Part shown: one piece after another, positions 1-7,811 of the stretch | Numbering within the stretch: the stretch's first letter is position 1 | How the letters are laid out: each line of letters begins with the position of its first letter | Notes under the pieces: generated by a model | What the model was told of the DNA's origin: nothing | Seen by the model: the letters and a program-made list of their open reading frames with translations, nothing else | Database searches by the model: none | Virus record (IMG/VR): IMGVR_UViG_3300021976_000030 | Location: 1 to 45,891 of that record | Reading direction: 5' to 3' (one strand) | Origin: a virus | Taxonomy: Duplodnaviria; Caudoviricetes | DNA: 45,891 nucleotides | Program-made: the position numbers and the translations under genes

Positions 1-6
1 GGGGTT

Positions 7-46
<40 letters not shown>

Positions 47-131
47 TTATAAAACCTCATACCCTACATCCACCCTCCATACCCTGTATAGTCCGCTCGA
101 CACTAGAGACACTTGTCCCCTAGACCAGAGT

Positions 132-156
132 TAAGTCATTGATAGTCAGTCACTTA
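132..156. promoter_or_regulatory. TAAGT-N15-ACTTA inverted-repeat site (copy 1)
   Basis: TAAGT CATTGATAGTCAGTC ACTTA; same architecture as 45769-45793. Function unknown. Confidence 0.55.
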
Positions 157-262
157 GCCTCTTTACGCTCTGTCGCTACCCTGCTCTACTCTGCTTCCAC
201 CCTGCCTAATGACCTTCTGAGGAAGCACGATAAACTATTTACAATCACTTCGCACAAGGGAC

Positions 263-291
263 TTGACATTAAGAACGAGCTATGAGATAAT
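263..291 (+). promoter_or_regulatory. sigma70-type promoter
   Basis: TTGACA (263-268), 17 nt, GATAAT (286-291) with TG extended -10, 80 nt upstream of ORF 372. Confidence 0.8.
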
Positions 292-371
292 TCCCTAGTC
301 GAGCCGAGCACCTAGTCCAATCCCGGCACAAGGGAACACCGGCAAGCTTAAACATTAAGAAAGAGAATAAA

Positions 372-821
372 ATGCCAAAGAAATCAGAACCGAAGAATGT
401 GGGTAGTTCAGCAATTAATGGTGTGGCTGTTGATTTGCTGGAACTTGCAGCTAAGACTAAGGATGCAGATAAGAATGAAACTGCATTTACCTATCAGTTT
501 CCTTCCTTCAAGTCTGAGGTTACTGTTGAGGATATGGTAAAGGCTCTTACCTATACCAATTCTAAGAAGGAAGTTATCAGCGGCGTTAGCGTCCTGCGCG
601 ATTATGTCAACACAGCGCTTAAGAATGAAAAGCGTAGTTCTAAGCTTGCTGAGATTAATGGCATCCTGAAGCTTAGGGAAGATCCTGAAGCTGCTATTAA
701 GGCAATGGTGGATCAAATGGTTCTGGCCTATGGTGTTCCGCGTGAAATGGCTGAGGCTAATGTGCGAGCGCTTATTGCACAAGGCTCAGTCGCTAAGGAA
801 GCTTCCAGTCCTGCGGCGTAG
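372..821 (+). CDS. hypothetical protein, putative immediate-early stand-alone gene
   Basis: 149-aa ORF with purine-rich RBS, its own promoter and terminator, and no TTA codons. Confidence 0.8.
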   Translation: MPKKSEPKNVGSSAINGVAVDLLELAAKTKDADKNETAFTYQFPSFKSEVTVEDMVKALTYTNSKKEVISGVSVLRDYVNTALKNEKRSSKLAEINGILKLREDPEAAIKAMVDQMVLAYGVPREMAEANVRALIAQGSVAKEASSPAA

Positions 822-840
822 ACTCTAACGAGTTTAATAA

Positions 841-879
841 ACCCTAGCTATCCGTATGTGGTAGCTAGGGTATTTTTTT
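841..879 (+). terminator. Rho-independent terminator
   Basis: ACCCTAGCTA / TAGCTAGGGT stem followed by a T run, just after the ORF 372 stop. Confidence 0.85.
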
Positions 880-975
880 GTCTATTATTTATTATCGATT
901 ATCGATTATCTATGAGCCTATACAATGCCCAACGTTTGATTATTATTTCAACTAGGGTAAGGACTAGGGAGGCAT

Positions 976-1006
976 AAAAAAAGAGCCTAGCAGGGATACT
1001 AGGCTC
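976..1006 (-). terminator. Rho-independent terminator (minus strand)
   Basis: GAGCCTAG / CTAGGCTC stem preceded by A7 on +, downstream of ORF 1032-1301(-). Confidence 0.8.
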
Positions 1007-1031
1007 ATATAGAGGCAAGCTGAGAGAATGC

Positions 1032-1301
1032 CTATCTAGTGAATGCTCCACACTTATGGTTAGTGCAAAGTCCATCATCATTTACGAATTGCTTGCAGTC
1101 CGAGCACCTGGGATACTTGCAGGAGAGTTTAGTTGTGCTCGTCTCTCGAATGGTGGCTGAGATAACGTATGAGTCTACAGGCAATGCAGCGCCTGAGTTT
1201 AGTATCTCCACCATAGTCTTAGAATCCTGATTAGTGTAAAACTTCATAGATACGATTGTCTTAGTGTAGGTATTCTTAAACATTGTACTTTTTCCTTTCA
1301 A
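1032..1301 (-). CDS. small protein with C-terminal Cys cluster (putative Zn-binding)
   Basis: CSDC...CTNHKC motif; part of a tightly packed minus-strand trio. Confidence 0.6.
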   Translation of the reverse strand: MKGKSTMFKNTYTKTIVSMKFYTNQDSKTMVEILNSGAALPVDSYVISATIRETSTTKLSCKYPRCSDCKQFVNDDGLCTNHKCGAFTR

Positions 1302-1527
1302 GCTTGATACCAGTGTGAAACTTAAGCATTAGCTCAGTAGCTATTCTGGCAGCGCCGAGGATTGATGTATCCGAGATATACTCATCACACTGACAGGATG
1401 AGTATGCTATCTCCTTATCGTTGTAATCTCTCAATTCTACTACGACATAATATTTCACAAAACCCCCATCATGCAAGCTATGGTGAACAGAGAGAACAGC
1501 AGGAGGAAACCTCCAACGAAGCTCCAA
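1276..1527 (-). CDS. hypothetical protein
   Basis: ORF track; packing with neighbours; true start may be internal. Confidence 0.55.
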   Translation of the reverse strand: MELRWRFPPAVLSVHHSLHDGGFVKYYVVVELRDYNDKEIAYSSCQCDEYISDTSILGAARIATELMLKFHTGIKLERKKYNV

Positions 1528-1534
1528 TCATCTT

Positions 1535-1786
1535 TCATTTTGATACCTCGGAAATTCTCACACTTACCAGTCCATTCATTCGCAGTGAATCAACGTAAGC
1601 CTGTGCAGCTTCCTTAGAATCGAAGCGTGTAGCACAGGATGAATGATTAGGCGTAAACTCAGGCCGAATCCATGATTTAACTGAGCGCCGTCCGTTCAGT
1701 GTCACTGTGTATTGTGCGATAAACTTCATATACAGCCTACCTTTCATAGCTACCATAATCAGTAGCCTTATCATTAGAGCATACAT
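1535..1786 (-). CDS. hypothetical protein
   Basis: ORF track; likely start at MKFIAQ after an AGGT-type RBS. Confidence 0.55.
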   Translation of the reverse strand: MYALMIRLLIMVAMKGRLYMKFIAQYTVTLNGRRSVKSWIRPEFTPNHSSCATRFDSKEAAQAYVDSLRMNGLVSVRISEVSK

Positions 1787-2040
1787 AGTATTAGCGTGCG
1801 TATATTTATTTTATACGTATGTATTCTATTCATTTCACACAACTATGCATAATAATCCTACACATACCATATCCCCTCTTAGGGTCCCATAAATCGCTAA
1901 ACCTTTAGGTATAATTCTCACTCACTCTTAAAACATTATGAACTTTATAATAATATTTAGGTACCATCTATATGTATAAAAGTAGGTATCATCTTTTCAC
2001 TACGCTCAATTTCAATCTTATTACGATTGTAAAGACCCAG

Positions 2041-2070
2041 TTGACAGGCTAGTACAATGTATGGTACAAT
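2041..2070 (+). promoter_or_regulatory. sigma70-type promoter for packaging/structural operon
   Basis: TTGACA (2041-2046), 18 nt, TACAAT (2065-2070) with TG extended -10. Confidence 0.7.
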
Positions 2071-2198
2071 AGGGTAGGTCCTTTTAGGGTCAACCCCTTT
2101 ACACTCTATTAATTATTTATTATCTAGTATTAATTTAGTATACTATTGTACTTAATTATTCCTATGCCTATTCTATTCTTATCTTTAGAGTTAAGACT

Positions 2199-2750
2199 AT
2201 GTTAATAATTTCTGAAGAACAATTCTTAAAAGAACTATCTCAGTCTAACTCTAAGTCTATGACTATTGTCGAGGAACTTAATAAGGTTCCTGAAGTAGTT
2301 GAGATGGAGAATGGAACATATGATACCTTCCGCAAGCCTGCGGGTATACCTAACATTCCAGATGAGCTTAAGCCTATCATTGGTAGTCTAGCTAGTCTTT
2401 CTACTCATGAGGAAGTATCTGAAGCTTTTGGAGTATCTAAAGATACAGTAAGTAACTTAGCTAACGATAATCATAAGAACTCAGAAGTAAGTGAACGGAA
2501 AGTTAATATATTAAATGCAATAAAAGATAACATTCAATCTAAAATAGGTTCTTGTGTTGAGTTCTTAGAAATTTCCAAAGCTATGACTCATAAAGAACTA
2601 TTAGGAACTGCTGAAAGTCTTAGTCGAATTCATCGTAACATCAGTCCAAATGCAGCACCAGAGGTAAATCAAAATGCACAGTTTGTATTCTATGTTCCAG
2701 AGCGGCAGAATAAAGTGGAAGATTATACTATTATTGATGCTCCCGTCTAG
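2199..2750 (+). CDS. HTH protein, putative terminase small subunit
   Basis: HTH-like HEEVSEAFGVSKDTVSNL followed by a helical region; first gene of the operon containing TerL. Confidence 0.45.
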   Translation: MLIISEEQFLKELSQSNSKSMTIVEELNKVPEVVEMENGTYDTFRKPAGIPNIPDELKPIIGSLASLSTHEEVSEAFGVSKDTVSNLANDNHKNSEVSERKVNILNAIKDNIQSKIGSCVEFLEISKAMTHKELLGTAESLSRIHRNISPNAAPEVNQNAQFVFYVPERQNKVEDYTIIDAPV

Positions 2751-3111
2751 TTTATATGCTCAAGAAGTTCCACGTGGACCTGTGGATGTTACCATGAAAG
2801 TAGAATGGAAACTTCCACTTAACATGACTGCGCCGGAAGGATTACTGTTTGAACCTAGACTTAGGGATTCTAGTACTCCTACATTTGTAGCTCTTACTAA
2901 CTTTACTTGTTCCCCTCCAACTGTTACTGCTCCCAATGCAGTATGTCGTGTTCCATTGACCCCAGCCTTAGTTACTCAACTTAATGTAGTTGGGAAACAT
3001 AATCTAACACTTGCTTTATTTCGTAGCGATGTTGGAGAGTCATTGCTATCTACCCCTTTTTCCTTGACCAGTCCGGTGGATGCACCTATCAATCTACTAA
3101 TTATCAAGTAG
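2674..3111 (+). CDS. secreted beta-rich (Ig-like) protein; candidate -1 frameshift extension to 3245
   Basis: KWKIILLLMLPSSLYAQ signal-peptide-like segment, Cys pair, slippery C CCT TTT at 3054-3060. Confidence 0.6.
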   Translation: MHSLYSMFQSGRIKWKIILLLMLPSSLYAQEVPRGPVDVTMKVEWKLPLNMTAPEGLLFEPRLRDSSTPTFVALTNFTCSPPTVTAPNAVCRVPLTPALVTQLNVVGKHNLTLALFRSDVGESLLSTPFSLTSPVDAPINLLIIK

Positions 3112-3247
3112 GTGCAATTCTAAATTTATCAGCTTCATCATTCACAGCAATGCAGACTACATTATCTAGACTTGCATTGTGGGATTTTAAGGCTGTAATT
3201 CAAACTAAGACTGGTCAATATCAACTAACTGCAGTTTGTAAATAATT

Positions 3248-4681
3248 ATGATTCCTTTTAATACACCAAACTCAATGTATCCAGATGTGACTATCTCAGG
3301 AAGGTCATGTGCATTAAGTACTATTGAGAGTAAAATTTATCTTAACTTTGATCCTACTCCCATTGATACTCCATTATTTAATGATAAGTCTGAGGATGTA
3401 TTATTCTTACGTAATCACATTTATGATGATAAGTATTACTTAGGTGGTAAGGGACATTTTAGTGGCAGCGCGTGGTTATTTGATTACTCTAGGTATAAGT
3501 GGTATCACTTTGGTCTAACTGGGACTAATCGCCCGGTAGCTTTCTTTGGACCTTATGCCTTTATCTGCAGGAATAACTTCCTAATTGAAAGACTTAATCT
3601 AGTTACCTTAAAGATTGATAATCAAATTAATGGATTAATTGGAGTTAATGGTATTCAATGTATCACTGACTCTGGTAAGATTATCTCAGGTGACTCAGTA
3701 TATGATGGTCATTTAAATCCTAAGATTAACGTAGCTGAATACACTAAGTTATATGACTCCAATGGACAAGATGAAGTAATCATTGGACAAGGATATAATG
3801 GTGGATGTATAGTCGTATTTGACAATGGTTCTCAGCGTAGAGTATTAGAGCCTGGTAATTGTAGGTTCATTAATTCATACCGTAAGAATCTAGAATTTGC
3901 TGTAGCTATATCCAAACTCTCAGAAGGTAAATCTAAGACTATCAGATTTAGTAGGTCTGAACTTTATTCTTTACCTCTTGAGAATGTTATCATATTACCA
4001 CCAATCATTATTCCAGACCCTCCTAAGGATAATAAAGTGATTAATGAATCAGTCCTTTTAACTATCTTCTCTAATTCATATGTTGGTCTAGAGAATAATG
4101 ATGAATCTAAACGTAAGTTTATCTTAGCATTCTGTTCTTACGTAAATGGTATTCGAGGGAATAATAAGTTAGGTGGTAAAGCTCGTGAAGGATTAGGAGA
4201 GCCTAGTAAAGCTACCATTGGATATTGGATTAATGGTGATGGTCCTAGTTCTCCTACTGATGGAATAATGGATGTATTTCAGTTAGTATCAAGTTCAGGA
4301 TTAGTATCCTGGGATACACGAGCTGAGAGTGGTGATCCACTCTATAAGAATATATTTGGGCGCTTCTTTCCTGTGGGTTCTAGTGTAGTTATTCCACCTA
4401 TTGAAGAACCACCAGTTAATAATACAGACTTAGAAGTTAAAGTTAGTGAATTAGAAAATAAGTTAAATAATGCTTTAACGGCTATTAAGTTCTTAGTTGA
4501 TATGACTGTTAAGGTTGGAGATCAGATTACATTACAGACTGAGAAGGGTTTCTACTTATGTCCCGAAGGTAATGGATTAGCTCAGGATTTAATGGACCCA
4601 ATTCTCAGACAGTCAGGTAATGTAACTGCAAGTCGAACTAAAGTTGAAGAATATGAAACCTTAAAGGTTGGTAGAGGATGA
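3248..4681 (+). CDS. multidomain protein with Pro-rich linkers, coiled coil and C-terminal fascin-like (beta-trefoil) repeat
   Basis: C-terminal ITLQTEKGFYLCPEGNG...VTASRTKVEEYETL resembles the fascin repeat consensus. Confidence 0.55.
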   Translation: MIPFNTPNSMYPDVTISGRSCALSTIESKIYLNFDPTPIDTPLFNDKSEDVLFLRNHIYDDKYYLGGKGHFSGSAWLFDYSRYKWYHFGLTGTNRPVAFFGPYAFICRNNFLIERLNLVTLKIDNQINGLIGVNGIQCITDSGKIISGDSVYDGHLNPKINVAEYTKLYDSNGQDEVIIGQGYNGGCIVVFDNGSQRRVLEPGNCRFINSYRKNLEFAVAISKLSEGKSKTIRFSRSELYSLPLENVIILPPIIIPDPPKDNKVINESVLLTIFSNSYVGLENNDESKRKFILAFCSYVNGIRGNNKLGGKAREGLGEPSKATIGYWINGDGPSSPTDGIMDVFQLVSSSGLVSWDTRAESGDPLYKNIFGRFFPVGSSVVIPPIEEPPVNNTDLEVKVSELENKLNNALTAIKFLVDMTVKVGDQITLQTEKGFYLCPEGNGLAQDLMDPILRQSGNVTASRTKVEEYETLKVGRG

Positions 4682-4983
4682 CAGCTCCAGAATGGGTTTT
4701 AATTATCACTACAGTCTTTACTGGTATTGTTGGAGTAATCACAGCTTTTAAGTCTAATCAAACTAAGAATGCTACTAAAGAGAATAGTGAAAAGTTAGAT
4801 AATGTTCACGTTAAAGTAAATGGTAATTTTGAAGAGATTAAGAAACAGAATATTCATCTACAGCGAATGTTAGTAGAACTCGTAGCGTATGTTGACCCTG
4901 TGGTATATGAGAGAATTAAGAATAAGATTCTCTCAGAAGAAAATGTAAGTAAGACTAGACGTAAATTTGATTTAGGAGTTTAA
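4678..4983 (+). CDS. membrane protein with one N-terminal TM helix plus coiled coil (holin-like)
   Basis: WVLIITTVFTGIVGVITAF hydrophobic helix; ATGA overlap with upstream gene. Confidence 0.5.
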   Translation: MTAPEWVLIITTVFTGIVGVITAFKSNQTKNATKENSEKLDNVHVKVNGNFEEIKKQNIHLQRMLVELVAYVDPVVYERIKNKILSEENVSKTRRKFDLGV

Positions 4984-4984
4984 A

Positions 4985-5203
4985 ATGTTAACTGTTGGAA
5001 AAATTACTAAGCTTGTGCGTGACCGTGGCTTTGGATTCTCTGAAGATGAAGCTGGGCAATTATACTTCTTTCATTATTCTTCTATTGACCCTAGGACTAG
5101 AGTTAAGTTTGAAGATTTAAATGAAGGAAACTCAATTCAGTTCATTGCAGAACCTAGTGAAAAAGGGCCACGAGCTAAGCCACGTTCTTTAAGCTTAGTC
5201 TAA
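4985..5203 (+). CDS. cold-shock domain protein
   Basis: RNP1 RGFGF, RNP2 FFHYS and C-terminal KGPRA; 72 aa. Confidence 0.9.
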   Translation: MLTVGKITKLVRDRGFGFSEDEAGQLYFFHYSSIDPRTRVKFEDLNEGNSIQFIAEPSEKGPRAKPRSLSLV

Positions 5204-5379
5204 TGGAAGCTAAAGTCATAGGTAAGATATGTAGAATATACAGGTCTACTTGTGATTGTTGTGGTTGTAGTACTAAGTTGGGAGATATAATTATATTAAC
5301 TAAATCTGGAATAATTACATGTAAGCATACGCATGGACAATTCAAAGGACGTTTACTTAAAACTCCGAAAATCAATTAG
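5203..5379 (+). CDS. small Cys-rich protein (58 aa; below ORF track cutoff)
   Basis: MEAKVIGKICRIYRSTCDCCGC...CKH; TAATG overlap with the CSP stop. Confidence 0.5.
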   Translation: MEAKVIGKICRIYRSTCDCCGCSTKLGDIIILTKSGIITCKHTHGQFKGRLLKTPKIN

Positions 5380-5530
5380 GTTATTAAGGCTCAATGGTAG
5401 TCATAATGATTTAGTCTTGGAAGAGTTGAGTAATATTGAGATAGATAAGCTGGAACGAGAGTTAGCAAATAGAATAGATAATTATATGGCTGATAGGTAT
5501 AGGATACATAACACTAAGAATAAGAAATGA
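5333..5530 (+). CDS. hypothetical protein
   Basis: ORF track; ATGA overlap with terL. Confidence 0.5.
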   Translation: MDNSKDVYLKLRKSIRLLRLNGSHNDLVLEELSNIEIDKLERELANRIDNYMADRYRIHNTKNKK

Positions 5531-7164
5531 GTAAGACTACATGGGAACCCTTCCTGAAGCAGAAGGAATTTCTAGACCTGAGCTTTAAGATAAGGGAGGC
5601 CCTTTTTGGGGGCGCTGTAGGTAGTGGTAAGACTGAACTTCTTATCATGCTACCTATAGCTTATGGTTTCCATAAACATCCTAATCATAATGGAATCTTA
5701 TTTAGAAAGACTTATCAGCAGCTAGAAAAATCTATCATCCCTCGTGCGATGAAGATTTATAAGAAAGCCCTGGGTGCAAGTTGGAATGGAACTACTCGTT
5801 GCTGGACATTTCCATCTGGAGCTAAAGAATATGTAGGTTATCTTGAAACGGAACAAGATGCTCGTGACCATGATACTAACGAATATAATCTTGTTCGGTT
5901 TGAAGAATTAACACAAATTCAAGAGTTTTGTTACAAGTTCATTACTAATGCACGTCTTAGAAGTGTAATACCTGAGCTTCCTGCAATGAGTAGGAGTGCA
6001 AGTAATCCTGGTGATATTGGTAATGATTACGTAAGAGATTATTTTGTTAAGCCTAATCGTAAGGGTGGCGCAGTTATTAGGTCTGCTATAACTGGTCAGC
6101 TACGTTACTTCTTACAAGCTACAATATATGATAATCCACTCTTATTAAAGAATGACCCAGAATATGTGAAGATGCTTCTTGGCTTACCTGAAGCTGAGAA
6201 GCGCGCGAAATTATATGGTGACTGGTGGGCTTATGCTGGTGATGTATTCAAGGAATTCCGTGGTCAACATTTTGGTGATGAGCCAGAGAATGCATGTCAC
6301 GTAATTGATAAATTTGATATTCCATCATGGTGGCCTGTTGTACTAGCGATAGATTGGGGTTACAGAGCACATACATGGGCTGGATGGTTTGCTATCTCAC
6401 CAGAGGGTAGAGTTTATTTATATCGAGAATACTTTGTAAATAAGACTACTATTGCTAAGTGGGGAGCTGAGATTTGTAGTTTAAGCCAGTATGAAATAGC
6501 TAATGGTCAACTTCGTTCAGTCGAATTAGACCCATCAGCTTGGCAAAAAAGAGGAACTGAGAAAGATATTTGGCAACAGTTCTATGATGCTACAGATCAT
6601 ACTCTTAGACCACATCAGGCTGATAATGGTAGGGTTCATGGTAAGCAAGTAATACATGATATGCTACGTTGGGAGCCACGGCCGCCAAGATTTGTTGTAG
6701 ATGCTAGTAAGTATGATGCGGAATTAGCTCAGAGAATTATTGCTGATTATGGTTTACGAGCCTATAACAACTACTTAGCTCAGTTTCAACCTGATAAAGC
6801 TGAAGGACCAATTCCACGTTTACAGATTTTTAACACATGCCCGCATGTCATTGAAGCGATTGCAGCTTGTAAGTATAATGATACTGGTAAGGGAAATGTT
6901 GAAGATGTGAAAGAGTGGGAAGGTGATGATCCATATGATGGATTAAGATATGGAATCACAGCTGTAGATAGGTATCTAAACGGAGTAAGTAGGGAAGCTG
7001 AGGAACGAAGGGTAATTGATAATGTTATTAAAACACTTACAGAGACTGGTGACCAAACTGCTTTCTATCGTAAAATGGAAGCAATTGAAGCAAAATTACA
7101 AGGAAAGAAGCCAGTACGACGTGGTGGATTTAACTCCAGAAAATCCTACTATCGAGCATCTTGA
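5527..7164 (+). CDS. terL: terminase large subunit
   Basis: Q-motif PFLKQKEF, Walker A GGAVGSGKT, Walker B RFEE, motif III ASNPG, nuclease AIDWGY and DDPYDGLRY. Confidence 0.95.
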   Translation: MSKTTWEPFLKQKEFLDLSFKIREALFGGAVGSGKTELLIMLPIAYGFHKHPNHNGILFRKTYQQLEKSIIPRAMKIYKKALGASWNGTTRCWTFPSGAKEYVGYLETEQDARDHDTNEYNLVRFEELTQIQEFCYKFITNARLRSVIPELPAMSRSASNPGDIGNDYVRDYFVKPNRKGGAVIRSAITGQLRYFLQATIYDNPLLLKNDPEYVKMLLGLPEAEKRAKLYGDWWAYAGDVFKEFRGQHFGDEPENACHVIDKFDIPSWWPVVLAIDWGYRAHTWAGWFAISPEGRVYLYREYFVNKTTIAKWGAEICSLSQYEIANGQLRSVELDPSAWQKRGTEKDIWQQFYDATDHTLRPHQADNGRVHGKQVIHDMLRWEPRPPRFVVDASKYDAELAQRIIADYGLRAYNNYLAQFQPDKAEGPIPRLQIFNTCPHVIEAIAACKYNDTGKGNVEDVKEWEGDDPYDGLRYGITAVDRYLNGVSREAEERRVIDNVIKTLTETGDQTAFYRKMEAIEAKLQGKKPVRRGGFNSRKSYYRAS

Positions 7165-7483
7165 GCATCCTAAGAAGATAGACTATTGGTATTTTGCTCA
7201 TACTGAGAAACTTCTTCATGGACAGATAGCATTATTAAGGCACGAACTAAGTGTAAGACAGTCCGAGCTATCCGAGCTAACTAAGCTAATTCATACTCCT
7301 GAGGAAGTTCATATTAAACCTGATAATGAGCGTGCGACAATGCCAGTAGGTAAGATGGCTAATCCCGCTAGGAAGTTAGCTGAGATGGAAGATATTGAGC
7401 GCCGTAGATATTGGGAAGATCAAATTAAGCTTAGAGAATCTATAAAAGAAACTGAAGGTAATATCATTGAGGCTGAGTCTTGA
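7016..7483 (+). CDS. hypothetical coiled-coil protein (true start probably ~7120-7160)
   Basis: ORF track; fills the gap between terL and the next gene. Confidence 0.55.
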   Translation: MIMLLKHLQRLVTKLLSIVKWKQLKQNYKERSQYDVVDLTPENPTIEHLEHPKKIDYWYFAHTEKLLHGQIALLRHELSVRQSELSELTKLIHTPEEVHIKPDNERATMPVGKMANPARKLAEMEDIERRRYWEDQIKLRESIKETEGNIIEAES

Positions 7484-7809
7484 GTACTCAGTTAGAAAAG
7501 GTTAGAACTATGGCAAAAATGAGAGGCTTACTTCCTAGAGTATCTGGTAGTGCAGGTAGAGTTAAAGACGATGAAAATAAAATGGAGTCTAGAAGGAATG
7601 AAATGATTCGACGTAGAGGTGAAACTTCTGCTAGAGGTGGAAGTCAAGATGTTAATCTATCTGACCCTAAAGCTGGTAAACCTATGGGAACTATGACTAA
7701 AGGTGATACTAGTTATACAGTTATGGGTGGAGATAATGAAGATCCTAGGTGGAATGAATACTATAAGGACCAAATTAAGTCGAAGAAAGTCAAAGGCTTA
7801 GGCAAATAG
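7480..7809 (+). CDS. hypothetical basic protein
   Basis: ORF track; tight packing before the portal. Confidence 0.6.
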   Translation: MSTQLEKVRTMAKMRGLLPRVSGSAGRVKDDENKMESRRNEMIRRRGETSARGGSQDVNLSDPKAGKPMGTMTKGDTSYTVMGGDNEDPRWNEYYKDQIKSKKVKGLGK

Positions 7810-7811
7810 AT

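Noticed and set aside
408-782. 124-aa minus-strand ORF
   Set aside because: Antisense shadow of ORF 372-821, which has the promoter, RBS and terminator.
890-912. (TTATCGA)x3 microrepeat between the two terminators
   Set aside because: Too short to support a function; likely slippage.
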